Assembly: GCA_045589615.1 (NCBI GenBank)
Contig: JAZNPL010000031.1
Coordinates: 38,251 to 102,250 of the forward strand
Source of the DNA: Christensenellaceae bacterium
GTDB lineage: Bacteria > Bacillota > Clostridia > Christensenellales > Borkfalkiaceae
Direction of reading: 5' to 3'
DNA length: 64,000 nucleotides
This document shows positions 18,659 to 28,682 of the stretch, piece after piece. The position numbers and the translations under genes are program-made. The notes under the pieces were generated by a model, which was given only the letters and a program-made list of their open reading frames with translations, was not told where the DNA came from and made no database searches. Position 1 is the first letter of the stretch, and every line of letters starts with the position of its first letter.

Positions 18659-21600
18659 CTATGCGTCAATAGTTGAAATAGTCAAAGTAGTTTCTTCTAA
18701 TACGTCAAGTAAAACCCTAACGGTATCAAGCGAAGTAAACATAGAAACGTTGCTTTCAATAGCGTACTTACGGATTTGGAAGCCGTCGCTTTCAGCACCA
18801 ATAGAACCAACGTCGCTAGTATTAATAACGTATGCGATATAGCCTTGACGAATAGCGTTTTTAATTTCGTCACTGCCTTCGCTAATCTTTTTAACAACGT
18901 GCGTTCTAATGCCGTTTTCCTTTAAGAACTTAGCCGTGCCTATCGTTGCTTCAATGTTGAAGCCTAAGTTATAGAATCTTCTAATAAGTGGCAATGCTTC
19001 GGCTTTATCCACGTCTGCAATGGTAGCAAATACAGTACCGTAGTTTTGTAGTTTCATACCCGATGCTTGAAGTGCTTTATAAAGAGCACGGTTTAAGGTG
19101 TCGTCATAGCCGATTGCTTCGCCCGTAGATTTCATTTCGGGTGAAAGGTATGCGTCAAGCCCCTTAATCTTATTGAAAGAAAATACAGGAACTTTTACGT
19201 AATAACGCTTCTTTTCTTCGGGATAAATGTTAAATATACCTTGTTCTTTAAGGGTTTTGCCCATTATTACTTCGGTTGCTATATCTGCAAGCGAATAGCC
19301 CGTCGCCTTAGATAAGAAAGGCACCGTTCTAGAAGAACGTGGGTTAACTTCAATGATATAAACCTTTTCGTCCTTATCTACTATGAACTGAATATTGTAT
19401 AAACCCCTAATGCCTATTCCTAAGCCTAGTTTTTTTGCGTATTGTAAAATAGTTCCTTTTACTTTGTCTGAAATAGAGAAAGTAGGATATACCGAAATGC
19501 TATCGCCCGAGTGAATACCCGTTCTTTCAACTAGTTCCATAACGCCTGGAACGAAAACGTCCTTTCCGTCGCAAATAGCATCTACTTCTACTTCCTTACC
19601 AATTACGTACTTGTCAACTAAAACGGGTTTGTCTTCGTCGATTTCCACCGCAGTTTTTAAGTAGTGGCGAAGTTGCGTTTCGTTAGCAACGATTTGCATT
19701 GCCCTACCGCCAAGCACGAAACTTGGACGAACTAGTACGGGATAACCAATGCGTTCTGCCGCCTTAACACCGTCTTCAATCTTAGTAACTGCACAACCTT
19801 CGGGTTGTGGAATATTTAAGTCTTCTAAAAGTTTTTCAAACAAGTCTCTATTTTCAGCCTTGTCGATAGCATCGCAGTCAGTACCAACGATTTTTATGCC
19901 CCTGTCGAATAAGGGTTTAGCAAGGTTGATTGCCGTTTGTCCGCCAAGCGAAGCAACTACGCCTTCTGCTTGTTCGTAGTCTAGTATTGCCATAACGTCT
20001 TCGGTGGTTAAAGGCTCGAAATACAACTTGTCCGCCGTCGTGTAGTCGGTTGAAACCGTTTCGGGGTTGTTGTTAATTATAATCGCTTCGTATCCAGAAC
20101 GCTTTATGGTTTGTACTGCGTGTACGGTAGAATAGTCAAACTCTACGCCTTGACCAATTCTAATAGGTCCTGCACCTAAAACTACTAATTTCTTTTTATC
20201 AGTTAATCTTGATTCGTTTTCTACTTTCTTAACTAGATTTTGATAGGTCGAATATAGGTAAGCAATGTAATAACCCGTGTGGAGCGTATCTACCATTTTG
20301 AATACGGGGGTAATGCCGTTCGCCTTTCTTAAGTTGTAGATTTCCCTTTCCTTGTTTTTCCAAAGTTTAGAAATATATTTATCCGAAAAACCTAAAACTT
20401 TTGCTTGTTTTAAGACTTCAAGGTCGTTTGCGTTTGCCTTTACAACCTTTTCCATATCGACGATTTCTTTAATCGTTTCTAGGAATAGTTCGGTAATTTG
20501 CGTATATTTGTGAAGTTTTTCAACTGTTTCGCCACGTCTTAAAAGTTCTGCAACTGAAAAGATAGTGTCTGCCCTATAATCTTTGAAGTATTCTACTAAT
20601 TGTTCGTTAGTAAAGTCGTCAAACTTAGCAATGTGGAAATGGTCTGCACCGATTTCTAATGAACGTACTGACTTTAACATACACTCTGCTAAAGTAGAGC
20701 CAATGCCCATAACTTCGCCCGTCGCTTTCATTTGAGTACCTAATAGATTAGATGCCGAAGTGAATTTATCAAACGGAAATCTTGGGAATTTTGCTACGAT
20801 ATAGTCTAAAGATGGTTCTATATCGGCTGTTCCACCAGCAACGGGGATATCTTTTAATTCCATACCGACTGCAATTTTTGCAGTAACCCTTGCGATAGGA
20901 TAGCCACTAGCCTTAGAAGCAAGTGCCGAAGAACGCGATACTCTTGGGTTTACTTCGATTAAATAATATTCGCTGGTTTCGGGGTTCAACGCAAACTGAA
21001 CGTTACAACCACCTTCGATTTTAAGTTCTCTAATAATTTTAATAGCACTGTCGTTAAGACGCTTATGGTCTTCTTTACTTAGCGAAAGGATAGGTGCTAC
21101 AACGATAGAGTCGCCCGTGTGTACGCCTACGGGGTCAACGTTTTCCATACCACAAATGGTAATTGCGTTGTCCTTAGAGTCTCTCATTACTTCAAACTCT
21201 ATTTCCTTGTATCCCTTAACGCTCTTTTCAACTAGTACTTGAGAAACGGGAGATAGTGCAAAGCCGTTTCTTGCAATTTCTATAAGTTCTTCTTCGTTAT
21301 AAGCAAAACCGCCACCCGTTCCACCTAACGTGAACGCTGGTCTTAATACTACGGGATAGCCTATCCTTTTCGCCGATTCGATTGCTTGGTCTAGATTGTA
21401 CGTTATTTCAGACGGAATTACAGGCTCGCCGATTTTTTCGCACATTTCCTTAAACATTTCTCTGTCTTCGGCACGTTCGATACTTGCACTGCTAGTACCC
21501 AAAAGTTGAACTCTGCACTCTTTTAGTACGCCTTTCTTTTCAAGTTGCATTGCAATGTTAAGCCCCGTTTGTCCACCAATGCCGGGAACGATTGCGTCGG

Positions 21601-21847
21601 GTCTTTCATATCTTAAAATTTTCGCCACGTATTCTAGCGTAAGTGGTTCCATATACACTTTGTCGGCGATTGAAGTGTCGGTCATTATGGTTGCAGGGTT
21701 AGAGTTTACTAAAACTACTTCGTAGCCTTCTTCCTTTAATGCTAAACACGCTTGCGTGCCTGCATAGTCAAACTCTGCCGCTTGTCCTATTACGATAGGG
21801 CCAGAACCAATGATAAGTATCTTTTTTAAGTCTTTTCTCTTTGCCAT
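18659..21847 (-). CDS. carB: carbamoyl-phosphate synthase large subunit
   Basis: 1062 aa. Duplicated ATP-grasp halves (IIGSGPIVIGQAAEFDY and VLGAGPIRIGQGVEFDY) and an MGS-like C-terminus. Confidence 0.95.
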   Translation of the reverse strand: MAKRKDLKKILIIGSGPIVIGQAAEFDYAGTQACLALKEEGYEVVLVNSNPATIMTDTSIADKVYMEPLTLEYVAKILRYERPDAIVPGIGGQTGLNIAMQLEKKGVLKECRVQLLGTSSASIERAEDREMFKEMCEKIGEPVIPSEITYNLDQAIESAKRIGYPVVLRPAFTLGGTGGGFAYNEEELIEIARNGFALSPVSQVLVEKSVKGYKEIEFEVMRDSKDNAITICGMENVDPVGVHTGDSIVVAPILSLSKEDHKRLNDSAIKIIRELKIEGGCNVQFALNPETSEYYLIEVNPRVSRSSALASKASGYPIARVTAKIAVGMELKDIPVAGGTADIEPSLDYIVAKFPRFPFDKFTSASNLLGTQMKATGEVMGIGSTLAECMLKSVRSLEIGADHFHIAKFDDFTNEQLVEYFKDYRADTIFSVAELLRRGETVEKLHKYTQITELFLETIKEIVDMEKVVKANANDLEVLKQAKVLGFSDKYISKLWKNKEREIYNLRKANGITPVFKMVDTLHTGYYIAYLYSTYQNLVKKVENESRLTDKKKLVVLGAGPIRIGQGVEFDYSTVHAVQTIKRSGYEAIIINNNPETVSTDYTTADKLYFEPLTTEDVMAILDYEQAEGVVASLGGQTAINLAKPLFDRGIKIVGTDCDAIDKAENRDLFEKLLEDLNIPQPEGCAVTKIEDGVKAAERIGYPVLVRPSFVLGGRAMQIVANETQLRHYLKTAVEIDEDKPVLVDKYVIGKEVEVDAICDGKDVFVPGVMELVERTGIHSGDSISVYPTFSISDKVKGTILQYAKKLGLGIGIRGLYNIQFIVDKDEKVYIIEVNPRSSRTVPFLSKATGYSLADIATEVIMGKTLKEQGIFNIYPEEKKRYYVKVPVFSFNKIKGLDAYLSPEMKSTGEAIGYDDTLNRALYKALQASGMKLQNYGTVFATIADVDKAEALPLIRRFYNLGFNIEATIGTAKFLKENGIRTHVVKKISEGSDEIKNAIRQGYIAYVINTSDVGSIGAESDGFQIRKYAIESNVSMFTSLDTVRVLLDVLEETTLTISTIDA

Positions 21848-21861
21848 TTTATCCTTCCTTT

Positions 21862-23064
21862 TTACATAGAGTAAACTGCTTTGTCGTTATATACCGTCAA
21901 ATAATTTCGTCCGAAAACCTTGTAGTTTTCAAAGGGCGTTGCTTTGCCCTTAGACAAAAATTCATTTGGATTTATTAAATATTCTTCCTCTAAATTCCAC
22001 ACCGAATAGCCGTTGTATTTAATATTAAATCGGTTTCGTGGATTGTTTGCAAGTAGGTCAATTAACTTTTCTAAACTTATTACCCCTTCCTTTACTAAAT
22101 AGGTATAACAAATAGGAAACGCCGTTTCAATGCCAACTATTCCAAACGCACTGCCAGATAATCCTTTAGATTTTTCTTCCATAGAGTGTGGTGCGTGGTC
22201 GGTTGCAATCATATCAATCGTGCCATCAATTACCCCTAAAATTAAGGCTTCTTTATCGCTTTTGTCCCTTAAGGGTGGATTCATCTTAAACTTGCCGTCT
22301 TCTTTCAAATTGGAGTCGTCTAAAACTAAATAGTGTGGGCCCGTTTCGCAAGTAACGTTTATTCCACTTTTCTTAGCGTCCCTAATAACTTCCACGCTTT
22401 CTTTCGTAGAAATATGACAAACGTGGTAAGCACAACCCGTTTCTTCAACGAGTTTTAAGTCTCTTTCAATCTGCTTGTATTCGCTTGCAGAACAAATGCC
22501 TTTATGCCCGTGTTCTTTAGCGTACTTTCCGTCGTGAATATATCCACCAAAAAGTAAAGAATTGTCTTCGCAATGTGCCGTAATGATTTTGCCTAATGAT
22601 TTAGCCTTAAGCATTGCTTCTTTCATAAGTTCTTTGCTTTGAACGCCCCTACCGTCGTCCGAAAAAGAAATCGATAGGTCTTTTAGGTTGTCCATATCGG
22701 AAAGCCTTTCGCCTTTCTGCCCAACAGTTATAGAAGCGTACGGATAAACGGCAATGCAAGCGTCTTTCTTGATAATATCAAGTTGAACGCCAATATTTTC
22801 CACCGAATCGGGAACGGGGTTAAGGTTAGGCATAGAACAAACTGCCGTATAGCCACCCCTAGCACAAGCGTTAGTGCCCGTTTTTATGGTTTCTTTATAA
22901 AAAAACCCCGGCTCTCTCAAATGAACGTGAACGTCACAGAAACCGGGAAAAATAACGAAATTATCAGTAGAAGAAGCAGAAGCGGGAACTTTTAAAGACA
23001 AATCGGCAAGCGATTTACCTAAATAATTTTTACCCGTTACTATCGTTGTTCTTTTGAAACCCAT
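21862..23064 (-). CDS. pyrC: dihydroorotase
   Basis: DVHVHLREPG metal motif, TDHAPH, 400 aa, GGAGAA RBS. Confidence 0.9.
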   Translation of the reverse strand: MGFKRTTIVTGKNYLGKSLADLSLKVPASASSTDNFVIFPGFCDVHVHLREPGFFYKETIKTGTNACARGGYTAVCSMPNLNPVPDSVENIGVQLDIIKKDACIAVYPYASITVGQKGERLSDMDNLKDLSISFSDDGRGVQSKELMKEAMLKAKSLGKIITAHCEDNSLLFGGYIHDGKYAKEHGHKGICSASEYKQIERDLKLVEETGCAYHVCHISTKESVEVIRDAKKSGINVTCETGPHYLVLDDSNLKEDGKFKMNPPLRDKSDKEALILGVIDGTIDMIATDHAPHSMEEKSKGLSGSAFGIVGIETAFPICYTYLVKEGVISLEKLIDLLANNPRNRFNIKYNGYSVWNLEEEYLINPNEFLSKGKATPFENYKVFGRNYLTVYNDKAVYSM

Positions 23065-23077
23065 ACTACTTCTCCAT

Positions 23078-23150
23078 AAAAAAAAGGCTTGCCCTAAGAC
23101 AAGACCATCGTTCTAACTACAACCTATAAAAACTATTAAACCTTGTCTAT
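23078..23150 (-). promoter_or_regulatory. pyr-operon leader with terminator/antiterminator alternative (candidate attenuator)
   Basis: The minus-strand RNA contains GGUCUUGUC-UUAG-GGCAAGCC followed by a run of U, about 13 nt before the pyrC ATG. An upstream AGACAAG (23148-23142) is complementary to CUUGUCU in the terminator's 5' arm. Confidence 0.55.
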
Positions 23151-23189
23151 TGAGCATCGATTTAAAAAGTCGTTTTGAAACTTTTATAT

Positions 23190-23218
23190 AGTATATCAAT
23201 TTGTAAACGTTTCGTCAA
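23190..23218 (-). promoter_or_regulatory. sigma-70-type promoter of the pyr operon
   Basis: Minus strand: TTGACG (23218-23213), a 17-nt spacer, then TATACT (23195-23190). Confidence 0.6.
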
Positions 23219-23254
23219 GTAAATGAATGCAATTTCCGTCTATAATCGACTATT

Positions 23255-23300
23255 TTTTTCTAAAGAAAAAGGTTGAAAAATTTCAATCTTTTTCAACCTT
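23255..23300 (-). terminator. intrinsic terminator after fhs (end of pur operon)
   Basis: AAGGTTGAAAAA-loop-TTTTTCAACCTT followed by TTTTTCTTT on the minus strand. Confidence 0.75.
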
Positions 23301-23308
23301 TATATTTT

Positions 23309-24982
23309 TTAGAATAACCCAGAAATTACACCGTTTTCATCAACGTCAATTTTTTCGGCTGCGGGAACTTTAGGAAGCCCGGGCATAGTCATAATATCGC
23401 CTGTTAAAACAACCAAGAACCCTGCGCCTGCTGAAACTTTGACCTTTCTAACCGTAACGGTAAAATCTTCGGGTGCACCAAGTTTTGTCATATCGTCTGA
23501 AAAACTGTACTGAGTCTTTGCTATACATACTGGAATTTTATCAAACCCTAACGCCGTTAGTTTTTTGATTTCTTTTTGTGCACTTGCCGTAAAGTTAACG
23601 TCTTTTCCACCGTAAACTCTAGTAACTACTGCTTTGATTTTGTCTTCAATAGAACAATCTAACTCATAAGAGAAAGAAAAATCGTTAGGTTTTTCGCAAA
23701 GTTTAACCACTTCTTCAGCAAGAGCCATACCGCCCTTTCCACCGTCTGCCCATACGGTTGACAACACGATGTTTACACCAAGCGTCTTGCACTCTTCAAT
23801 TACCATTTCGATTTCCTTGTCGGTATCGGTTGGGAATCTATTTACTGCAACCACGCAAGGTAGTTTATATACATTTACTATATTAGAAACGTGTCTTAAT
23901 AAGTTAGGAAGTCCTTTCTTTAGGGCTTCTAAATTTTCATTGCCAAGTTCGGTTTTTGCCATACCACCGTGCATTTTTAACGCTCTAATGGTAGCAACGA
24001 CTACTACTGCGTCGGGCTTTAAGCCTGCCATACGACACTTAATATCAAGGAATTTTTCAGCACCAAGGTCAGCACCGAAACCTGCTTCAGTAACACAGTA
24101 ATCGCCAAGTTTCATTGCCATTTTGGTTGCTATTACAGAGTTACAACCGTGTGCAATATTAGCAAACGGACCACCGTGAACGAACGCAGGCGTTCCTTCT
24201 AAGGTTTGAACTAGGTTTGGCTTTAACGCATCTTTAAGAAGTGCCGCCATAGCACCAACTGCCTTTAATTCGCCTGCCGTAACGGGCTTACCGTCGTAAG
24301 TGTATGCAACGACTATTCTAGAAAGTCTTTCCTTTAAGTCGGTAATAGAATTTGCTAAGCAAAATACTGCCATAATTTCAGAAGCAACGGTAATATCAAA
24401 CCCGTCTTCTCTAGGAACACCGTTAGAACTTCCACCAAGACCGTCTATAACGAAACGAAGTTGTCTATCGTTCATATCAACGCAACGTCTCCAAACGATA
24501 CGTCTTGGGTCGATATTGAGTTCGTTGCCTTGTTGAATATGGTTATCAAGCATTGCAGCAAGCAAGTTGTTTGCCGCCCCAATTGCGTGAAAGTCGCCCG
24601 TAAAGTGAAGATTTATATCTTCCATAGGCACTACTTGAGCGTATCCGCCACCAGCAGCACCACCCTTAACGCCAAACACTGGTCCTAAAGACGGTTCACG
24701 AAGCGCAACGACAACGTTTTTACCTATTTTTTTCAAGCCGTCCGATAGACCAATGGTGGTAGTGGTTTTACCTTCGCCAGCAGGGGTTGGGGTAATTGCC
24801 GTAACTAAGATAAGTTTACCGTTTTTACGGTCGCTTTCGTTTAGAAGTTTATAGTCAACCTTTGCCTTGTAGTTGCCGTATTGTTCTAAATATTTTTGGT
24901 CAACGCCACAATCCTTTGCTATTTCGGTAATGTGTTTCATTTTGCACGCTTGTGCAATTTCAATGTCAGACAAATATGCCAT
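23309..24982 (-). CDS. fhs: formate--tetrahydrofolate ligase
   Basis: 557 aa. P-loop [11 protein letters not shown] and a characteristic N-terminus (SDIEIAQ). It lies 10 nt downstream of purL. Confidence 0.95.
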   Translation of the reverse strand: MAYLSDIEIAQACKMKHITEIAKDCGVDQKYLEQYGNYKAKVDYKLLNESDRKNGKLILVTAITPTPAGEGKTTTTIGLSDGLKKIGKNVVVALREPSLGPVFGVKGGAAGGGYAQVVPMEDINLHFTGDFHAIGAANNLLAAMLDNHIQQGNELNIDPRRIVWRRCVDMNDRQLRFVIDGLGGSSNGVPREDGFDITVASEIMAVFCLANSITDLKERLSRIVVAYTYDGKPVTAGELKAVGAMAALLKDALKPNLVQTLEGTPAFVHGGPFANIAHGCNSVIATKMAMKLGDYCVTEAGFGADLGAEKFLDIKCRMAGLKPDAVVVVATIRALKMHGGMAKTELGNENLEALKKGLPNLLRHVSNIVNVYKLPCVVAVNRFPTDTDKEIEMVIEECKTLGVNIVLSTVWADGGKGGMALAEEVVKLCEKPNDFSFSYELDCSIEDKIKAVVTRVYGGKDVNFTASAQKEIKKLTALGFDKIPVCIAKTQYSFSDDMTKLGAPEDFTVTVRKVKVSAGAGFLVVLTGDIMTMPGLPKVPAAEKIDVDENGVISGLF

Positions 24983-24992
24983 TTTTTATCTC

Positions 24993-27900
24993 CTATTTGA
25001 AATATTTAACTGCCGATTCAAACAGTTTCATATCGTATTCGCCGGGCACGTTTTTATATAAGCCGTAACCCTTTCTTTCAGAGTGTCCCATCTTGCCGAA
25101 AACTCTACCGTCGGGAGATAAGATACCTTCGATTGCGTTTCGGCTTCCGTTGGGGTTAAAGTGAATATCCATAGTTGCTTTGTCGTCAAAGTCAACGTAT
25201 TGAGTCATAATTTGACCGTTTGAAGCAAGTTTTTCAATCAATTCGTCGCTAGCAATAAACTTGCCTTCGCCGTGAGAAATAGGAACGTTAAACACGTCGC
25301 CTACGTTAACTGCCGTAAGCCAAGGCGATTTATTAGAAGCAACCCTAACTCTAACAATTCTTGATTGGTGTCTTGCTATGTCGTTATAAGTAAGGGTAGG
25401 ACAATTAGCGTCGGTATCAATAATTTTTCCGTAAGGTACTAAGCCAAGTTTAATAAGTGCTTGGAACCCGTTACAAATACCACCCATAAGTCCGTCTCTA
25501 TCGTTTAGAAGCGAGTGAATTTCTTCCTTGATTGCTCCGTTTCTAAAGAACGCCGTAATAAATTTACCAGAACCGTCCGGTTCGTCACCACCAGAGAATC
25601 CACCGGGTATAAACACGATTTGACTTTCTCTACACTTTTTAGCAAATTCTTCAACCGAACGTGCTACGTCGTCATTTTTTAAGTTTTTAATAACGAATAT
25701 TTCGGCTTCTGCACCAGCGTCGGTAAAGGCTTTCGCAGTATCAAATTCACAGTTAGTTCCGGGGAATACTGGAATTAATACCTTGGGTTTTGCAACCTTA
25801 ACGCCACAAACTAATTGATTGCCCTTGTCAAATGAAAGAGTTGTAGCACTGCTTTCTTTATTAGTAATATTACAAGCAAAAATGCTTTCAAGTTTGTTTT
25901 CGTAAACGCCTAAAAGTTGGTCTAGGCAAAGTTTCTCACTTCCCTTAACTATCGTCTTTTCAGCAATAGTTTCACCTAAGGTGTATCCGATATTTTCGTC
26001 GCTATCAAGTTCTATAACGAACGCACCATAATTATAAGCAAATAGATCTTTTGTGTCGATATTTTCCTTGTACTTAAAGCCTAGTCCGTTACCGATAGCC
26101 ATTTTAAATACCGCTTCAGCAATACCACCGAAACCGATAGAATAAACTGCCAATGCTTTTTTAGTAGAAGCCAATTTATAAACGGTATTAAAGTTATCGA
26201 TAAGTGATTTAGTTACGGGCAAGCCGTTTTCATCATATTCGGGTTTTAATACTACTACTTTGCTTCCTGCTTTCTTAAATTCGGGGGTAACTACTTCGTC
26301 AACCTTGCCCGTCGTTACAGCAAACGAAACTAGGGTTGGTGGAACGTCTATGTTTTCAAAAGTACCACTCATAGAATCTTTACCACCGATTGCGGCACAC
26401 TTTAATTCTATTTGTGCTTTGTATGCACCAAGAAGTGCCGAAACGGGTTCGCCCCAACGGCTTGCGTCTTTGCCTAAACGCTTAAAGTATTCTTGGAAAG
26501 TTAAATATACGTCCTTAAATTCAGCACCCGTAGCAATTAGTTTACTAACGCTTTCAACTACTGCAAGGTACGCACCGTGGTAAGGGCTTTTTTCCATTAC
26601 GAAGGGATTGCCACTCCACGCCATAAACGAAACGGTATCGGTATGCTTTTTCTCTACCGAAACTAAGTTTACCATTGCTTGCGAGGGTGTTAATTGATTT
26701 TTACCACCGAAAGGCATTGTTACAGTACCGGCACCGATAGTAGAGTCAAAACGTTCGCTAAGTCCACGCTTAGAACATACGTTAAGGTCGCCCACTAAAT
26801 CTTTATAACCCTTAGAAAAATCAGTTACTTCTTCTTTAGAGTAATCGTTACACTTAACGGTCTTTGCGTTTATATGCTTTTCAGCACCGTTAGAATTTAA
26901 GAATTCTCTTGAAATATCTACGATTTTTTTACCGTTCCAAGTCATCGTAAGACGTGGATTATCGGTAACTGAAGCAACTATGGTTGCTTCTAAGTTTTCT
27001 TGTTCACAAAGTTTAATAAACTTTTCAACGTCTTTTTCTTCAACTACTACTGCCATTCTTTCTTGAGATTCGGAAATAGCAAGTTCAGTACCGTCTAAGC
27101 CGTCGTATTTTTTGGGAACTGCGTTAAGGTCAATTTCAAGCCCGTCGGCAAGTTCGCCTATTGCAACCGATACACCGCCTGCACCAAAGTCGTTACAGCG
27201 TTTAATTAGTATCGACGCTTCTTTATTTCTAAATAATCTTTGAAGTTTTCTTTCTTCTGGAGCGTTACCCTTTTGAACTTCTGCTCCACAACTAACTAGT
27301 GATTCTAGGGTGTGTGATTTACTTGAACCCGTAGCACCACCACAGCCGTCTCTACCCGTTCTGCCACCGATAAGAATAACTCTGTCTCCACCGATTGGGC
27401 GTTCTCTACGAACGTTTTCTTCGGGAGCACCTGCTATAACTGCACCGATTTCTAGACGTTTTGCAACGTATCCGTCGTGATAAATTTCATCAACTTGACC
27501 TGTCGCAAGACCAATTTGGTTACCGTAAGAAGAATAACCAGCAGCGGCCGTCGTTACGATTTTTCTTTGTGGAAGTTTGCCCTTTAAGGTTTGGTCAATA
27601 GGCTTTAAGGGGTCGCTTGCACCCGTTACACGCATTGCACCGTAAACGTAACTTCTACCAGAAAGTGGGTCTCTAATTGCACCACCGATACAAGTAGCAG
27701 CACCACCGAAAGGTTCAATTTCGGTAGGGTGATTGTGCGTTTCGTTCTTAAATAATAAGAGCCATTTTTCGGGCTTGCCGTCAACCATAACTTCTATCTT
27801 GACGGTACAAGCGTTTATTTCTTCCGATTCGTCAAGTTTGTCTAAATATCCTTGCTTTTTTAATACCTTGCCAGCAAGAGTGCCTATATCCATAAGGTTT

Positions 27901-28682
27901 ATAGGTTTAGTTCTATTTAAATCCTTTCTTGCCGATAAATATTCTTCAAAAGTCTTTTGTAAAAGTTTGTCTTCAAAAGAAATTTCATCAATCGTCGTTA
28001 AGAAAGTGGTATGCCTACAGTGGTCTGACCAATAGGTGTCAATCATACGAATTTCGGTTATCGTAGGATTTCTCTTTTCCTTAATAAAATAACTTTGACA
28101 GAATGCGATATCGTCTTCGTCCATAGCGAGCGAATACTCTTTAACGAAGTTTTTAAGCCCGTTTTTGTCAAGGTCGATAAACCCGTCTAAAACCTTAACT
28201 TCAGTAGGGATTTGATGCTGAATTTTTAAGGTTTGCTTTTCGCCTAAATCGGCTTCTCTACTTTCTACGGGGTTTATAACGAACTTTTTAATCGCTTCAA
28301 GTTCTTCCTTTGAAATTTCGCCGTAAACCATATATACCTTTGCAGTTGCAACGATAGGTCTGTTCTTTTGCGAAATCAACTGAATACATTGTGCTGCAGA
28401 GTCTGCCCTTTGGTCAAACTGACCGGGTAAATATTCTACTGCGAAAACTTGTGCTTGATCTTTTTCTAGCGAAGAAAAAGCATCGTCCATTTGTGGTTCG
28501 CTAAATACCGTCTTTACTGCGTAGTCGAATAATTCTTTTTCAATATCTTCTACGTCGTAACGGTTTATAACACGTACTTTTTCTACCTTGTTTATTCCTA
28601 AAAAATCTTTGATTTCCTTAGTTAGAGATTTGGCTTCGTTGTCAAACCCTACTTTCTTTTCAACAAATATTCTGTAAACCAT
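24993..28682 (-). CDS. purL: phosphoribosylformylglycinamidine synthase, single-chain large form
   Basis: 1229 aa. It has an N-terminal PurS-like domain, a duplicated AIRS-type synthetase core, and a C-terminal glutaminase domain with GGICNGFQ and GHSER. Confidence 0.95.
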   Translation of the reverse strand: MVYRIFVEKKVGFDNEAKSLTKEIKDFLGINKVEKVRVINRYDVEDIEKELFDYAVKTVFSEPQMDDAFSSLEKDQAQVFAVEYLPGQFDQRADSAAQCIQLISQKNRPIVATAKVYMVYGEISKEELEAIKKFVINPVESREADLGEKQTLKIQHQIPTEVKVLDGFIDLDKNGLKNFVKEYSLAMDEDDIAFCQSYFIKEKRNPTITEIRMIDTYWSDHCRHTTFLTTIDEISFEDKLLQKTFEEYLSARKDLNRTKPINLMDIGTLAGKVLKKQGYLDKLDESEEINACTVKIEVMVDGKPEKWLLLFKNETHNHPTEIEPFGGAATCIGGAIRDPLSGRSYVYGAMRVTGASDPLKPIDQTLKGKLPQRKIVTTAAAGYSSYGNQIGLATGQVDEIYHDGYVAKRLEIGAVIAGAPEENVRRERPIGGDRVILIGGRTGRDGCGGATGSSKSHTLESLVSCGAEVQKGNAPEERKLQRLFRNKEASILIKRCNDFGAGGVSVAIGELADGLEIDLNAVPKKYDGLDGTELAISESQERMAVVVEEKDVEKFIKLCEQENLEATIVASVTDNPRLTMTWNGKKIVDISREFLNSNGAEKHINAKTVKCNDYSKEEVTDFSKGYKDLVGDLNVCSKRGLSERFDSTIGAGTVTMPFGGKNQLTPSQAMVNLVSVEKKHTDTVSFMAWSGNPFVMEKSPYHGAYLAVVESVSKLIATGAEFKDVYLTFQEYFKRLGKDASRWGEPVSALLGAYKAQIELKCAAIGGKDSMSGTFENIDVPPTLVSFAVTTGKVDEVVTPEFKKAGSKVVVLKPEYDENGLPVTKSLIDNFNTVYKLASTKKALAVYSIGFGGIAEAVFKMAIGNGLGFKYKENIDTKDLFAYNYGAFVIELDSDENIGYTLGETIAEKTIVKGSEKLCLDQLLGVYENKLESIFACNITNKESSATTLSFDKGNQLVCGVKVAKPKVLIPVFPGTNCEFDTAKAFTDAGAEAEIFVIKNLKNDDVARSVEEFAKKCRESQIVFIPGGFSGGDEPDGSGKFITAFFRNGAIKEEIHSLLNDRDGLMGGICNGFQALIKLGLVPYGKIIDTDANCPTLTYNDIARHQSRIVRVRVASNKSPWLTAVNVGDVFNVPISHGEGKFIASDELIEKLASNGQIMTQYVDFDDKATMDIHFNPNGSRNAIEGILSPDGRVFGKMGHSERKGYGLYKNVPGEYDMKLFESAVKYFK

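Noticed and set aside
23065-23190. A PyrR-binding loop in the pyr leader.
   Set aside because: I could not find the conserved UCCAGAGAGG-type motif on the minus strand. Only the terminator/antiterminator alternative is supported.
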